Positions 27,965 through 37,456 of a stretch of 64,000 nucleotides of DNA are shown piece after piece. The position numbers were made by a program, and so were the translations under genes. Source of the stretch: Synergistales bacterium (GTDB lineage: Bacteria; Synergistota; Synergistia; Synergistales; JAFGMB01); the NCBI GenBank assembly GCA_963666205.1, contig OY762654.1, positions 1,152,001-1,216,000 of the forward strand. The letters run 5' to 3'. Positions within the stretch are counted from its first letter, which is position 1. Each line of letters begins with the position of its first letter. The notes below the pieces were generated by a model. It searched no databases, was not told the DNA's origin, and saw nothing but the letters and a program-made list of their open reading frames with translations.

Positions 27965-29173
27965 ATGAACCATTTTATCAAAGTTACAGAAGATACATAC
28001 TGGCTTGGCGTCAACGATCACCAGACAGACCTGTTCGAATCCCTCTGGCCCCTGCCAAAGGGTGTAACCTATAATTCTTACCTGATCAAAGATGAAAAGT
28101 CCGTTCTGATAGATACCGTCAAGGCTCCCTATCTCACTGACCTGATCGACAAGATCAAGGCCATACTCGGGAAGGATGGTAAACTGGATTACCTGGTCGT
28201 AAACCATATGGAACCAGACCATTCCGGTGCTATAAAAATCCTCAGGTGTGTTTTTCCTGAACTGAAGATCGTAGGAAATTCACAGACAAAGGGCATGCTT
28301 GAAAGTTTCTACGGGATCTGTGATGACCTTGTAATAGTCAAGGATGGAGACAGCCTTGGCCTTGGTAAGCACAAACTCTCCTTCCATCTTGTACCTATGG
28401 TTCACTGGCCTGAAACCATGGTTACATATGACAGTACCACCCGGACCCTTTTCTCATGTGATGCCTTCGGCGGCTTCGGCAGCCTTGACGGAGGGATCTT
28501 CGACGATGAACTTGACATGACCTACTATGAGGATGAAGTGCTCCGTTACTTCTCCAACATCGTAGGCCGATACAGTGCCCAGGTCCAGAAGGCCATAAAC
28601 AAGCTCCAGGGCCTTGATATAGGGATAGTAGCTCCATCCCATGGGCCGATACACCGCAAGAACCCCGGAAGAATAATCGACCTCTACGATAGATGGAGCA
28701 GGCAGGAAACGGAATGCGGTGCCGTTGTGGTTTTTGGATCCATGTACGGCAACACCCAGAAAATGGCCGATGCTGTTGCCCGGGCCCTCGCCGAGGAAGG
28801 GATAGAAAAACTTGTCTATCATGATATCTCCAGAAGCCATGCATCCTACGTTGTCAAGGATATATGGAAAATGAGAGGGCTCGTTCTTGCAAGCTGTACA
28901 TATAACACAACACTGTTCCCGCCAATGGCGGAACTTCTGAACCACCTCAGGAACAAAATGATGAAGGGGCGAATGATAGGGATCCTTGGTTCATACAGCT
29001 GGAGTAAAGGAGCACTCCAGGCACTTGAGGAGTTTGCCTCTTCCGGGAATTGGGATCTGATCAAACCCATGGTGGAAGTAAAATCCTCTCCCTTCGACGA
29101 AGATATCTCAAAATGCATGGAACTTGGAAGAAATATGGCAGAAAAGATGAAACTCTGCTACGTGAAGGAATGA
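27965..29173 (+). CDS. fprA: Flavodiiron protein (A-type flavoprotein; O2/NO reductase)
   Basis: TYNSYLI; NHMEPDHSG; VHWPE; FSCDAFG; PSHG; flavodoxin SMYGNT. Confidence 0.93.
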   Translation: MNHFIKVTEDTYWLGVNDHQTDLFESLWPLPKGVTYNSYLIKDEKSVLIDTVKAPYLTDLIDKIKAILGKDGKLDYLVVNHMEPDHSGAIKILRCVFPELKIVGNSQTKGMLESFYGICDDLVIVKDGDSLGLGKHKLSFHLVPMVHWPETMVTYDSTTRTLFSCDAFGGFGSLDGGIFDDELDMTYYEDEVLRYFSNIVGRYSAQVQKAINKLQGLDIGIVAPSHGPIHRKNPGRIIDLYDRWSRQETECGAVVVFGSMYGNTQKMADAVARALAEEGIEKLVYHDISRSHASYVVKDIWKMRGLVLASCTYNTTLFPPMAELLNHLRNKMMKGRMIGILGSYSWSKGALQALEEFASSGNWDLIKPMVEVKSSPFDEDISKCMELGRNMAEKMKLCYVKE

Positions 29174-29265
29174 ACTGACCGGGAAGAAAAGATAAGGCAG
29201 GGGTAGTGGGAAAATGTCAACCCGATCCCGGTCCCTGCCTTTTTTATTTCCCAGGGTCTATATTT

Positions 29266-29964
29266 TCATAAAAGTCCAGACATTGGTGCAATGACTTTCT
29301 CGGCAATTTCCCAATCCAGGGGAGTGGTAATTTTTATGTCGAAGGGTTCCGTATAGATCGCTTCTATTTTGTATTCAGCGTTTACTACCACCTGACCAAG
29401 GGACTGAAATTCTTTTCCCTCCTCAAGAGTTTTTTCCAGAGCTTTTTCCAGTATCTCACGTCTGAAAACCTGGGGAGTTCTTGAAAGCACAGATATTTCC
29501 TTCGGATGATATTGGCTTACTGTTTCATTTTCCAATAAACCCAAAGGCAGGTTGGAAGGACAGAAAGAACTGGCTGCTCCGCTTAAGATAGCCCTTTCAG
29601 TAACCTGTAAAAATGTTTCCCTCTTTGTAAAAGGACTTGCCACATCGTGGACAAGAACATATTCTTCGCGACAGTGTTTAAAGAGAAGACAAACTGTCTG
29701 CTGCCTCGTCTTTCCCCCTTCATAACACTCAGCTCTTCCATCAAGGATACTTTCAAAATAATCAACCATGCCTTCAGGTGCTCCCACTATTATCCTTGGA
29801 ACAATTTGTCCCAGTTTTTCTACTACTATCTCCAGAAGTGTTTTTTCTCCAAGCTTCAGTAAAGCCTTCGGACCATTACCCAATCTGATACCAATGCCTG
29901 CTGCAGGAACCATTGCCACCATATCCACATGAGAAATGTTCGCATCGATAACCATTAAATTCAC
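29266..29964 (-). CDS. IspD/TarI-family cytidylyltransferase (divergent)
   Basis: VPAAGIGIRLG..PK; GGKTRQQTV; VLVHD; TPQVF; KITTPLD; start uncertain. Confidence 0.78.
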   Translation of the reverse strand: MNLMVIDANISHVDMVAMVPAAGIGIRLGNGPKALLKLGEKTLLEIVVEKLGQIVPRIIVGAPEGMVDYFESILDGRAECYEGGKTRQQTVCLLFKHCREEYVLVHDVASPFTKRETFLQVTERAILSGAASSFCPSNLPLGLLENETVSQYHPKEISVLSRTPQVFRREILEKALEKTLEEGKEFQSLGQVVVNAEYKIEAIYTEPFDIKITTPLDWEIAEKVIAPMSGLL

Positions 29965-30020
29965 TCCGATTCTTTATTGACCTGAATTAAAAGATAGTAA
30001 ACCGTGGATCTCACAGGTTT

Positions 30021-31112
30021 CTATTCTTTTAAAATACTATAGCGGGGGTTGCACTTAAGGATCAGGCTGTGGAGGTAGCCCTGGATCTTCTTTTTCCGCC
30101 ATATTCTATTAACAGAAGTTCTTTGATCTGTTTCGGGTACCAAAAGGTTTTTTAAAAGAAAAGATATCCTTTCACAAACACGACCATCGAAGGAGTTACC
30201 CAGATATCTCTGTCGATATAGAAGCCTTTCCCTGTGCTTGAGTAATGGTTTTGAAATATTAAGTTTTAAAGCCATTATCAGCCCATCCAGATCTTCAACC
30301 TCACTCCCCATGCTCCGGCTTGTCCACTCCGGGGCCTGTGGATCATATTTAGGATCCTTAAAACGTCCAGGATTGTTTACCAGGATGAGAGGCCTGTCCA
30401 AAACCAGGAATGGGAACATTACTGAAGATGCATCCGTTATAAGGATATCTCCATCGATCATTATTTCGTAAAAATCCTCATCCGGCTCAAGGAAGCGAAT
30501 TCTCTGATCAGATTCTGCCTCTATTTTCCAGGAGTTTATCCATTCAGGATGAACAGATTTTATCAGGGGATGGGGCTTGATAAGAATGTTCAAGTCAGGA
30601 AAATGCGCCCGTACCTGTTTTATCCAGGAATCACCAAGTACCGGTTCTGCAGCCATGTTCTGATCAAAGGTAGGAGCATACAGGATAGCATTCTGCCTTT
30701 TATCAGGGCTGACTTTACGACTGTTTCTGAATACGGTATCCATTGGGGGAAATCCTGTAACCCAGAAGTCTATTCGGGGTGAATGTCCTCTCTGAATAAA
30801 AAAATCTTTAAACCACTCACTTGAAAGACAGGCAATATCACAGCGCTCAAGACATTCATGACTCCAGTTCTTGGTAGAAAAACCGTGTCTGGTCCATATG
30901 ATAAAGGTGAAAGGAAGATATCTTCTGAAAACTTTATTACATTTGTCTGCAATAAAGAGCACTGAGGGTTTAAAGGCAATTATCTCTCTCGGATCATCAG
31001 ATATCAGGGATAGAAATTCTTCTTTTACTTCATTGTATATGGGTAAAAGCATATATTCATGAAAAGGCTTCTCGACGTAAAAAGCTATGCTGATATCTTC
31101 TCTTTCTCTCAC
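30021..31112 (-). CDS. CDP-glycerol/ribitol:polyol-phosphate transferase (TagB/TagF family)
   Basis: WTRHG; VTGFPPMD; ILYAPTF; IKPHP; DILITDASSVMF..LVLDRP; DGRVCER. Confidence 0.82.
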   Translation of the reverse strand: MREREDISIAFYVEKPFHEYMLLPIYNEVKEEFLSLISDDPREIIAFKPSVLFIADKCNKVFRRYLPFTFIIWTRHGFSTKNWSHECLERCDIACLSSEWFKDFFIQRGHSPRIDFWVTGFPPMDTVFRNSRKVSPDKRQNAILYAPTFDQNMAAEPVLGDSWIKQVRAHFPDLNILIKPHPLIKSVHPEWINSWKIEAESDQRIRFLEPDEDFYEIMIDGDILITDASSVMFPFLVLDRPLILVNNPGRFKDPKYDPQAPEWTSRSMGSEVEDLDGLIMALKLNISKPLLKHRERLLYRQRYLGNSFDGRVCERISFLLKNLLVPETDQRTSVNRIWRKKKIQGYLHSLILKCNPRYSILKE

Positions 31113-31371
31113 TTCCAGATCCCCTTACTTAAGTATCGGATAAAATCGCTCTGATAACCCGAGAAGCTGCTTTTATCTCAGGGAAATGCCAACAGCAGAT
31201 ACCAGGAAACAGCAATACCGGTTCCTGTCGACTATCTGACATGTTCCTTCAACTTTTATTTATAACATATGGATGGGGAAATAGTGTTTCTTTAATACGA
31301 TGAGATCAAGACCGTATCAAAGGGAATACAGTTAAATAACGGGTGGACAGAAAAAATAATCAGAAATTCCT

Positions 31372-32112
31372 TCAATCTGATTTTTTCCTTTTCTCTACTA
31401 ATATACCAACCAACATAGACAACTCAAAGAGCAGGTACATGGGCAGGGCCAGAAGTACCTGGGACAGAATATCAGGAGGAGATAAAAGTGCACCCAGGAA
31501 GGCTACAAGAATTATAACTGGAGCCCTGATCCTGGATAATGACCTTGCAGTGGTAATGCCGGTTGATATTATTATAAAAACTATAAAAGGTATCTGAAAT
31601 ATCATGCCCCCTGCAAGCAGCAAGCCAGCCAGGAAGGAGAAATAAGACCCGAAACTCCACATAGGGAGGACATTATCCTCCCTCGAAAAATCCAGGAAGA
31701 AGCGGAAAACTCCTGGCGAGAGGACATACCATGAAAAAATGACTCCAAGAAATAACATTAAAGGTACCATTACCCCTCCAAGGAGCAGATATCTCCATTC
31801 CTTATTTTTCAGGCCGGGGGAAATAAACAGTCCTGTCTGCATGAGAGCAAAGGGGAGGGTAATGACACTCCCCGTAAGAACTGCGATCTTGAAATATGTC
31901 AGGAGTTTTTCATGGGGTCTGAAATAGTAGAGTTGAATATCATATCCAGCCAGGGGAAACTTGAGCAGATCAATGAATTTCCCCAGATTATAAAAGATCG
32001 TAATAACAACAACAAGAAAAAAGAAAATGACGCTTATTATCCTCCATCGTAATTCTTCCAGATGCCCTATAAAGGTCAGGTCAGTTTCTTTCTCCGGAAA
32101 AAGGAACTTCAT
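31372..32112 (-). CDS. tatC: Twin-arginine translocase subunit TatC
   Basis: [31 protein letters not shown]. Confidence 0.92.
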   Translation of the reverse strand: MKFLFPEKETDLTFIGHLEELRWRIISVIFFFLVVVITIFYNLGKFIDLLKFPLAGYDIQLYYFRPHEKLLTYFKIAVLTGSVITLPFALMQTGLFISPGLKNKEWRYLLLGGVMVPLMLFLGVIFSWYVLSPGVFRFFLDFSREDNVLPMWSFGSYFSFLAGLLLAGGMIFQIPFIVFIIISTGITTARSLSRIRAPVIILVAFLGALLSPPDILSQVLLALPMYLLFELSMLVGILVEKRKKSD

Positions 32113-32291
32113 TCTTCATCCTTGTCCCTGGCACCATTGGATTCTTCATCAGTTTCTCCTGTCTCCAGCCCTTTTTTGAATTCTTTGAGGGCACTACCCG
32201 TAGCTCTTCCGATCTCGGGCAATCTCTTTGCACCAAAGAGCAGAAGGGCGAGAACAAGAAGAAGTATCACTTCACCCATACCTATATTCAT
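32109..32291 (-). CDS. tatA: Twin-arginine translocase subunit TatA/E
   Basis: [38 protein letters not shown]. Confidence 0.93.
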   Translation of the reverse strand: MNIGMGEVILLLVLALLLFGAKRLPEIGRATGSALKEFKKGLETGETDEESNGARDKDEE

Positions 32292-32315
32292 TTCAAGTCC
32301 TCCTTTCGACAGCAT

Positions 32316-33863
32316 TTAAAATGGGAAATCATCCTCTTCAGGAATTCCAGGGTATGTATTTTGAATCTGGTCCTGCCGTATTTCAGCTCGGCCATGATCC
32401 TTCAGCGGAGAAATAATTATCGCTTTTTCCGGCAGTGCCGGGCATACATTTTCACAGGCACCGCAACCTATACAAAAGGCCGTATCCACTTCAGGACCAT
32501 AGAGATCATTCCTGACAGGGATCATGTATACCGCTCCGGTCGGGCAATGCTCTGCACAGGCACCACAAGCGGTCTCCTGGATATGGACAATACACCTTTC
32601 AGGGGAAAAAACAGCGTTCCCCAGTCGGGTTACCTTTTTTACATCAAGGGAAAGAGGGACAAGGGCATCGGTGGGACATACCTGAGTACATATATTACAT
32701 TCAAAAAGGCAGAAACTCCTGGAATAATCGAGATTGGGAATAAACATTCTCCTCAGGTCTTTTGTTTCAGATCCTGGGACGATGACTTTCATGGGGCATT
32801 TGACGACACAGAGCTGACAACCCGTACATTTCTGGAGAAGTCTGTCCAGAGATACTGCTCCCGGAGGAATTACGGGGGAAATATCCGATCCCGTATCTCT
32901 GTCTGGAAAGATCAGTGAAATAATTGAATGTCTCTTACCAAAAACTGCAAGGAGCGCCGTCCATAGGAAAACATAAATCCAGGATATAAAGGCTCTTCTC
33001 GATGAACTGACCTCCTTTGATACTATTCCATAAGAAATAGCTTTTACAGGACAACTGTCAATACAGTTAAAACAGCTGACACATCTCCGGCAATCTATCT
33101 CCTTGCGATCACTTGAAATACAATCTGCTTTACAGAACTTTTCACAGTTCCCGCAACTGGTGCATTTTGCCGGGTCAATATAGAATCCAGCCAGGCTTTT
33201 ACTGGAAAGAAGCCCCAGAAAGATACCTACGGGACAAAAGGAATTACAGTATAAACGCCCTCTCCACCCTGTCAGAAATAACAGGATCCCAAGAGAGAGA
33301 AAAGATAAAAACAAAACTCCCACAGTAGTTTTATGTACAGACACAGGAGTAAGTACATAAAACCCTGAATGTTGAAATATGGAAGTGAGGAGATTCCGGA
33401 TACGGACAACTATGGGGAAAGCCAGATTTATCATCATTCTGCCGAAAATACTGTATGGATCCAGGGCATAAACAAGTACCCTGGTTCCTGCAAGAATGGA
33501 AATGAAAAACAGAAACATTATGAAAAGATTTATAAAGGAAAGAATTCTCTTCTCCCTGAGGGAGAGATGTCTAGTACCCGGATATTTTTTCAGGCTGAAA
33601 ATAAAAATATCCTGAAGTATCCCCAAAGGACAAAAGAAAGAACAGTACAATCTTCCAAATATCAGGGTAAGAGCGACAAGACCCATAAAACCAAGAGACA
33701 GAACTCCTGTTCTGACAAGGAGAGGATAGAACTGGAGATCGAGAACAGGATTCATCACCCGGACAAGCTGTGTACCCTGCCCTCCGATATATATCAAGCA
33801 GAACAGCATTACAAAAGAAGCAACGGCAATTCTGATATTCTTGTGCAACTTCAGAAACCTCAC
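32316..33863 (-). CDS. Polytopic membrane polyferredoxin (NapH/YccM-like + NapG/MauM-like)
   Basis: GRLYCSFFCPLG and GRLYCNSFCPVG; several CxxCxxCxxxCP motifs; internal SRRAF before the last TM; PPGA..CTGCQLC. Confidence 0.88.
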   Translation of the reverse strand: MRFLKLHKNIRIAVASFVMLFCLIYIGGQGTQLVRVMNPVLDLQFYPLLVRTGVLSLGFMGLVALTLIFGRLYCSFFCPLGILQDIFIFSLKKYPGTRHLSLREKRILSFINLFIMFLFFISILAGTRVLVYALDPYSIFGRMMINLAFPIVVRIRNLLTSIFQHSGFYVLTPVSVHKTTVGVLFLSFLSLGILLFLTGWRGRLYCNSFCPVGIFLGLLSSKSLAGFYIDPAKCTSCGNCEKFCKADCISSDRKEIDCRRCVSCFNCIDSCPVKAISYGIVSKEVSSSRRAFISWIYVFLWTALLAVFGKRHSIISLIFPDRDTGSDISPVIPPGAVSLDRLLQKCTGCQLCVVKCPMKVIVPGSETKDLRRMFIPNLDYSRSFCLFECNICTQVCPTDALVPLSLDVKKVTRLGNAVFSPERCIVHIQETACGACAEHCPTGAVYMIPVRNDLYGPEVDTAFCIGCGACENVCPALPEKAIIISPLKDHGRAEIRQDQIQNTYPGIPEEDDFPF

Positions 33864-34786
33864 ATTATGATCTTTTTAATGGTCAGGTTCGAAAGATCCA
33901 TATTCCCAAGGTTGTTTTCGTAGGCATATCTGATGTATTTCACCTTTTCGGGATCCATTCCGTACACCATGGAAGCAGCCGTGTCAACTGCAACGATATC
34001 ACTGGATATGATAAGGTTCTTCATGTTGACAACATCTTCAATGGAACGTCCCCTGGGACCATTTCTAGTTATGACCCTGTAGGCATCTACTATGTTAAGA
34101 TCCGGTTCTCTGAAAAGACAGAAATCGGCAATACACTGGTTCAAACCCTTCAGGTGATAGGCCTGCCTGTCCCACACAACTCCCATAAGATTCTTCATTG
34201 CAATTGAAAGTCCTGTGGAAGAATGGTGTTTAAGTACAGGGATGTTGATGAAAAAATGAGCCTCCATAAGAACTTCATGAACGAGTACATTTTTCAGTAT
34301 TTTTCCATTCGGGATATCTACATTTACATAATATTGACTTCGGTTGGAGGGAACCATGATCCCTCCGGCATCCCGAACTGCCTCTTCAATTCCGCTCATG
34401 CTATAACATGTCTGCCAATTACTGCAGGTATGGTCGAAAACGTAGACTTTACGGGCACCTGCCTCAATACATCTCCTGACCACCCTGGCTACAAGAAAAG
34501 GATTGGTATTCCCGGCTCTTTCAGGAGAAAGATCCCATGAAACGTTGGGTTTGACTGCCACTATATCCCCCTTTGAAATAAATCTTTCCATTCCCCCATA
34601 AAAACTCATGGCCCTGTCAAACATTTCACCAGGTTCCCCTCCCTTGACTGCTACAAGGTCGGGAAAAGGAGCTCCTTGATGAACAGATTCACTACCCCCT
34701 GAAGTTTTCAGAGAGGAAGGAAGGAACATGTATCCAAGACCTAATCCCATTGCAAATGTTTTTTTTAAAAAGTCTCTCCTTTTCAT
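33860..34786 (-). CDS. DUF362 domain protein with Tat signal peptide
   Basis: MKRRDFLK; VAVKPN; TNP; INIPVLKHH; MKNLMG; DIVAVD. Confidence 0.88.
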   Translation of the reverse strand: MKRRDFLKKTFAMGLGLGYMFLPSSLKTSGGSESVHQGAPFPDLVAVKGGEPGEMFDRAMSFYGGMERFISKGDIVAVKPNVSWDLSPERAGNTNPFLVARVVRRCIEAGARKVYVFDHTCSNWQTCYSMSGIEEAVRDAGGIMVPSNRSQYYVNVDIPNGKILKNVLVHEVLMEAHFFINIPVLKHHSSTGLSIAMKNLMGVVWDRQAYHLKGLNQCIADFCLFREPDLNIVDAYRVITRNGPRGRSIEDVVNMKNLIISSDIVAVDTAASMVYGMDPEKVKYIRYAYENNLGNMDLSNLTIKKIIM

Positions 34787-35155
34787 GGTCTATCACTCCC
34801 CAAAAAGAGTCTCGGAAGATCATCACAAGTTATCCGTTGTGATGCAGATCAGGAGCATAGGGAAACAATCTGAAAAGAAAACGGAAATTATGTATCAAGG
34901 AGTCAGATCATTATTCAGATAGTCAGCGATTTATATATATAGTATCATTTTAAGGTAGAATGTTAAACAGATATTGGCATAGACATAAGGTCAGGGTTAG
35001 GCAGAGCCTACATACTCTTTACAGTATTTCCAGGTCATGAATATCTTATTTCGAAAACAGAAAAGATCGTTTATAAAAGATAAAAGCTTTGAAAAGGTAA
35101 CTTTTATCAAAGATAGTAATATTTATGCAAATAAGTTGATAAAGAGGTCAATAAA

Positions 35156-35899
35156 ATGGAATATACTGTTGAATTCCACGGGACTCTTGTGTTTTTTACC
35201 GGGTCGGCTATGGAGAAGCATATTCTTTCCAGGACTGCCCCCATGAAAGATATAGTAGAGGCTGTGGGTGTTCCTCATACAGAGATCGGAATGATAACAT
35301 CCCTGGGAACATCAAAAGACCTCTGGTATATACCTGAGGATAAAGACCGGATCCACGTTTATCCCGTTGAACCTCCATTGAACGTCACTATCCCTACACT
35401 TCTGAGGCCAGACCCCTTCCCCCGGGTAAGGTTTATTGCCGATGTAAACGTGGGTAAACTTGCAAAACTCATGAGGCTCATCGGCTTTGACACAGCATAT
35501 GAAAATAGATGGTCCGATTCTTATATCGCGGAGAAAGCATTTGAGGAACAGCGAATAGTCCTGACAAAGGATCGGGATCTCCTGAAAAGAAAGATAATCA
35601 GTTACGGAAGGCTTGTACGATCCATAAAACCCTGGGATCAGCTGGCAGAAATAGTACATTTCTTCGGTCTTGAGAAGAGGATATCACCTTTCAGGTTATG
35701 TACTCTGTGCAACAGAACCCTTGTAAGGGTCAGAAAAGAAGAGGTCATCCAGGAACTGGAACCTCTGACCAGGATCTTCTTCAACGAATTTACAAGATGC
35801 CCACAGTGTGGAAAAATCTACTGGGGTGGAACCCACCACGAAAGGATCCTTGAAGGGATAAGATCTCTGGAAAAGGGATCACATCCTCAAGGAAATTAA
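35156..35899 (+). CDS. Mut7-C RNase domain protein with N-terminal ubiquitin-like domain
   Basis: KDIVEAVGVPHTE; FIADVNVGKLAKLMRLIGFD; LTKDR; CTLCN..CPQCGKIYWGGTH. Confidence 0.88.
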   Translation: MEYTVEFHGTLVFFTGSAMEKHILSRTAPMKDIVEAVGVPHTEIGMITSLGTSKDLWYIPEDKDRIHVYPVEPPLNVTIPTLLRPDPFPRVRFIADVNVGKLAKLMRLIGFDTAYENRWSDSYIAEKAFEEQRIVLTKDRDLLKRKIISYGRLVRSIKPWDQLAEIVHFFGLEKRISPFRLCTLCNRTLVRVRKEEVIQELEPLTRIFFNEFTRCPQCGKIYWGGTHHERILEGIRSLEKGSHPQGN

Positions 35900-35971
35900 A
35901 AGGATGCGGGAATGCTCCCCCTTGAAGCTATTTTATGAATCCGGCACCAGAAATAAATATTTTTGCCGGGG

Positions 35972-36000
35972 TTGACATATAAGGAAATCCACAATACAAT
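35972..36000 (+). promoter_or_regulatory. Near-consensus sigma70 promoter
   Basis: TTGACA-17nt-TACAAT. Confidence 0.8.
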
Positions 36001-36044
36001 GTGACGCAATCTTTATACAATTCAGACACAAAGGAGGGTTCGAA

Positions 36045-36143
36045 ATGATGCTGATGAAAAATGTAGTTCTAAAGTCTCTAGTTTCCATAATTATAGTCCT
36101 AATTATTAGCAGCGGATCCCCTCCTGGTGTGATCGGTATTTAA
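36045..36143 (+). CDS. Ile/Val/Leu-rich leader peptide (ilvL-like attenuator, 32 aa)
   Basis: RBS AAGGAGG; MMLMKNVVLKSLVSIIIVLIISSGSPPGVIGI*; CTA and ATA codons; a terminator follows. Confidence 0.8.
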   Translation: MMLMKNVVLKSLVSIIIVLIISSGSPPGVIGI

Positions 36144-36163
36144 TTACCTTTACACAGAAACCA

Positions 36164-36202
36164 GGGCCGGGATTCGCTTTAAGCGTTTCCCGGCCTTTTT
36201 TT
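36164..36202 (+). terminator. Attenuator terminator 1
   Basis: ggccgggattcgc-ttta-agcgtttcccggcc followed by a T-run. Confidence 0.85.
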
Positions 36203-36306
36203 GTCTTTAATCAACCATCAACGGGAAATAGCGCGAGTATCGCTTGAGGATACAAAATGGGAAAACACTTTTAATATCTGTTCAATTAAGAAGGGAGATA
36301 AGGATT

Positions 36307-36447
36307 ATGGCCAAAATGGAAAAAATGGAAAACAGGCAGTCAGAAAAGATGATGAGGGTTTACGAAGCTATGGACTCATTTGAAATGTTCAATTCAGAGG
36401 GAATTCTGGAAGTCCGCTGGAGGGGCCCTTTTGAAGGGTATCGTTAG
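36307..36447 (+). CDS. Hypothetical small protein (46 aa)
   Basis: RBS AAGGGAG/AAGGA, ATG 36307, MAKMEKMENRQSEKMMRVYEAMDSFEMFNSEGILEVRWRGPFEGYR*. Confidence 0.5.
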   Translation: MAKMEKMENRQSEKMMRVYEAMDSFEMFNSEGILEVRWRGPFEGYR

Positions 36448-36474
36448 TAAACCTCTTAACCAGGCTGAACGAAG

Positions 36475-37278
36475 ATGACAAATGAGGAGAAGCGAGAGAG
36501 GGAGCTTTCCGCGAGAGTAAATGAGGCGGTTGAAACCCTTTATTCAGCGTCTGTGAGTGGCATCGGGCTGGACAAAGATACTGCAGAGAGAATGAGTTTT
36601 GAACTGGAAACCGGATACCTTGTACAGGAACTTGTGACAAGCAGAAAGATCACCCATAAGAAGGAACATGTAAGGGGATACAAGATCAGCCTGACCAGTG
36701 CCGAAACCCAGGGCTGGTTCGGAGCAGATGAGCCTGCTTACGGGACATTAACAGACTCCAACATGTCAGACGGTGTCATAACACTGTCTGACATGTCGGA
36801 ACCGCTTATAGAAACCGAGCTGATGTTCTTTATTGAGGAAGACATACATCATCCTGTGGCTGACGAAGACCTGCCTGGTATGATTTCCGCAGCAGCAGGT
36901 CTCGAAATACCCGATTCACGCTTTCTGGACTGGTTCCCCAAACTTTCCCTAGGAACGATAGCTGCAGATAATGCCGTAGCAGGAAGGATAGTAACAGGGA
37001 AAGAAAGAAAGAAACTGTCATACGAAGAACTTGGTAATATCGATCTGAAACTGTTCCTGAATGATAAGGAAATTGCAGAGGGTCATTCTTCAGAAGTCCT
37101 TGGAAATCCCCTGGAGGCTGTCAAATGGCTTGTCAGGAAACTTCACGAAAAAGGTAAGTTTCTAAGCAAAGGAATGATCATATCTTCTGGCACTTTAGTT
37201 CTGCCCCTGCCCCTGCAAAGGGGAACATACAGGGCCTCTTACAGCATCCTGGGAGATGTTTCTTTAAAAGTCCTTTAA
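36475..37278 (+). CDS. 2-keto-4-pentenoate hydratase-like FAH-family hydratase/decarboxylase
   Basis: GYKISLTS..Q..FG.DEP.YG; IETELMF; LEIPDSRF; ADNA; VLGNPLEAVKWL; IISSGT. Confidence 0.85.
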   Translation: MTNEEKRERELSARVNEAVETLYSASVSGIGLDKDTAERMSFELETGYLVQELVTSRKITHKKEHVRGYKISLTSAETQGWFGADEPAYGTLTDSNMSDGVITLSDMSEPLIETELMFFIEEDIHHPVADEDLPGMISAAAGLEIPDSRFLDWFPKLSLGTIAADNAVAGRIVTGKERKKLSYEELGNIDLKLFLNDKEIAEGHSSEVLGNPLEAVKWLVRKLHEKGKFLSKGMIISSGTLVLPLPLQRGTYRASYSILGDVSLKVL

Positions 37279-37381
37279 ACACAGCATCAGCAGTATTTCA
37301 ATAATGATAAACAATCAGCAGGCTTTGTCAGGTGAATATTCCATATAGCCATATGCTGAACAGAGAATTGAACAAATATTC

Positions 37382-37410
37382 TTGACAGGTCACTAATATC
37401 ATTGTACTAT
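37382..37410 (+). promoter_or_regulatory. Sigma70 promoter of the leu operon
   Basis: TTGACA-17nt-TACTAT. Confidence 0.8.
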
Positions 37411-37456
37411 CTCGACAATTTACTACTTGAGAGAATAGGAAAAAGGAGGTGCCGCC

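Noticed and set aside
34820-34845. catcacaa...ttgtgatg as a Rex operator
   Set aside because: The half-sites are in the opposite orientation to the Rex consensus TTGTGAA-N4-TTCACAA
36045-36143. Leader 1 as a type I toxin or small membrane peptide
   Set aside because: Terminator/antiterminator complementarity, control-codon clustering and a scaffold shared with the leu leader fit attenuation better; no antisense unit seen
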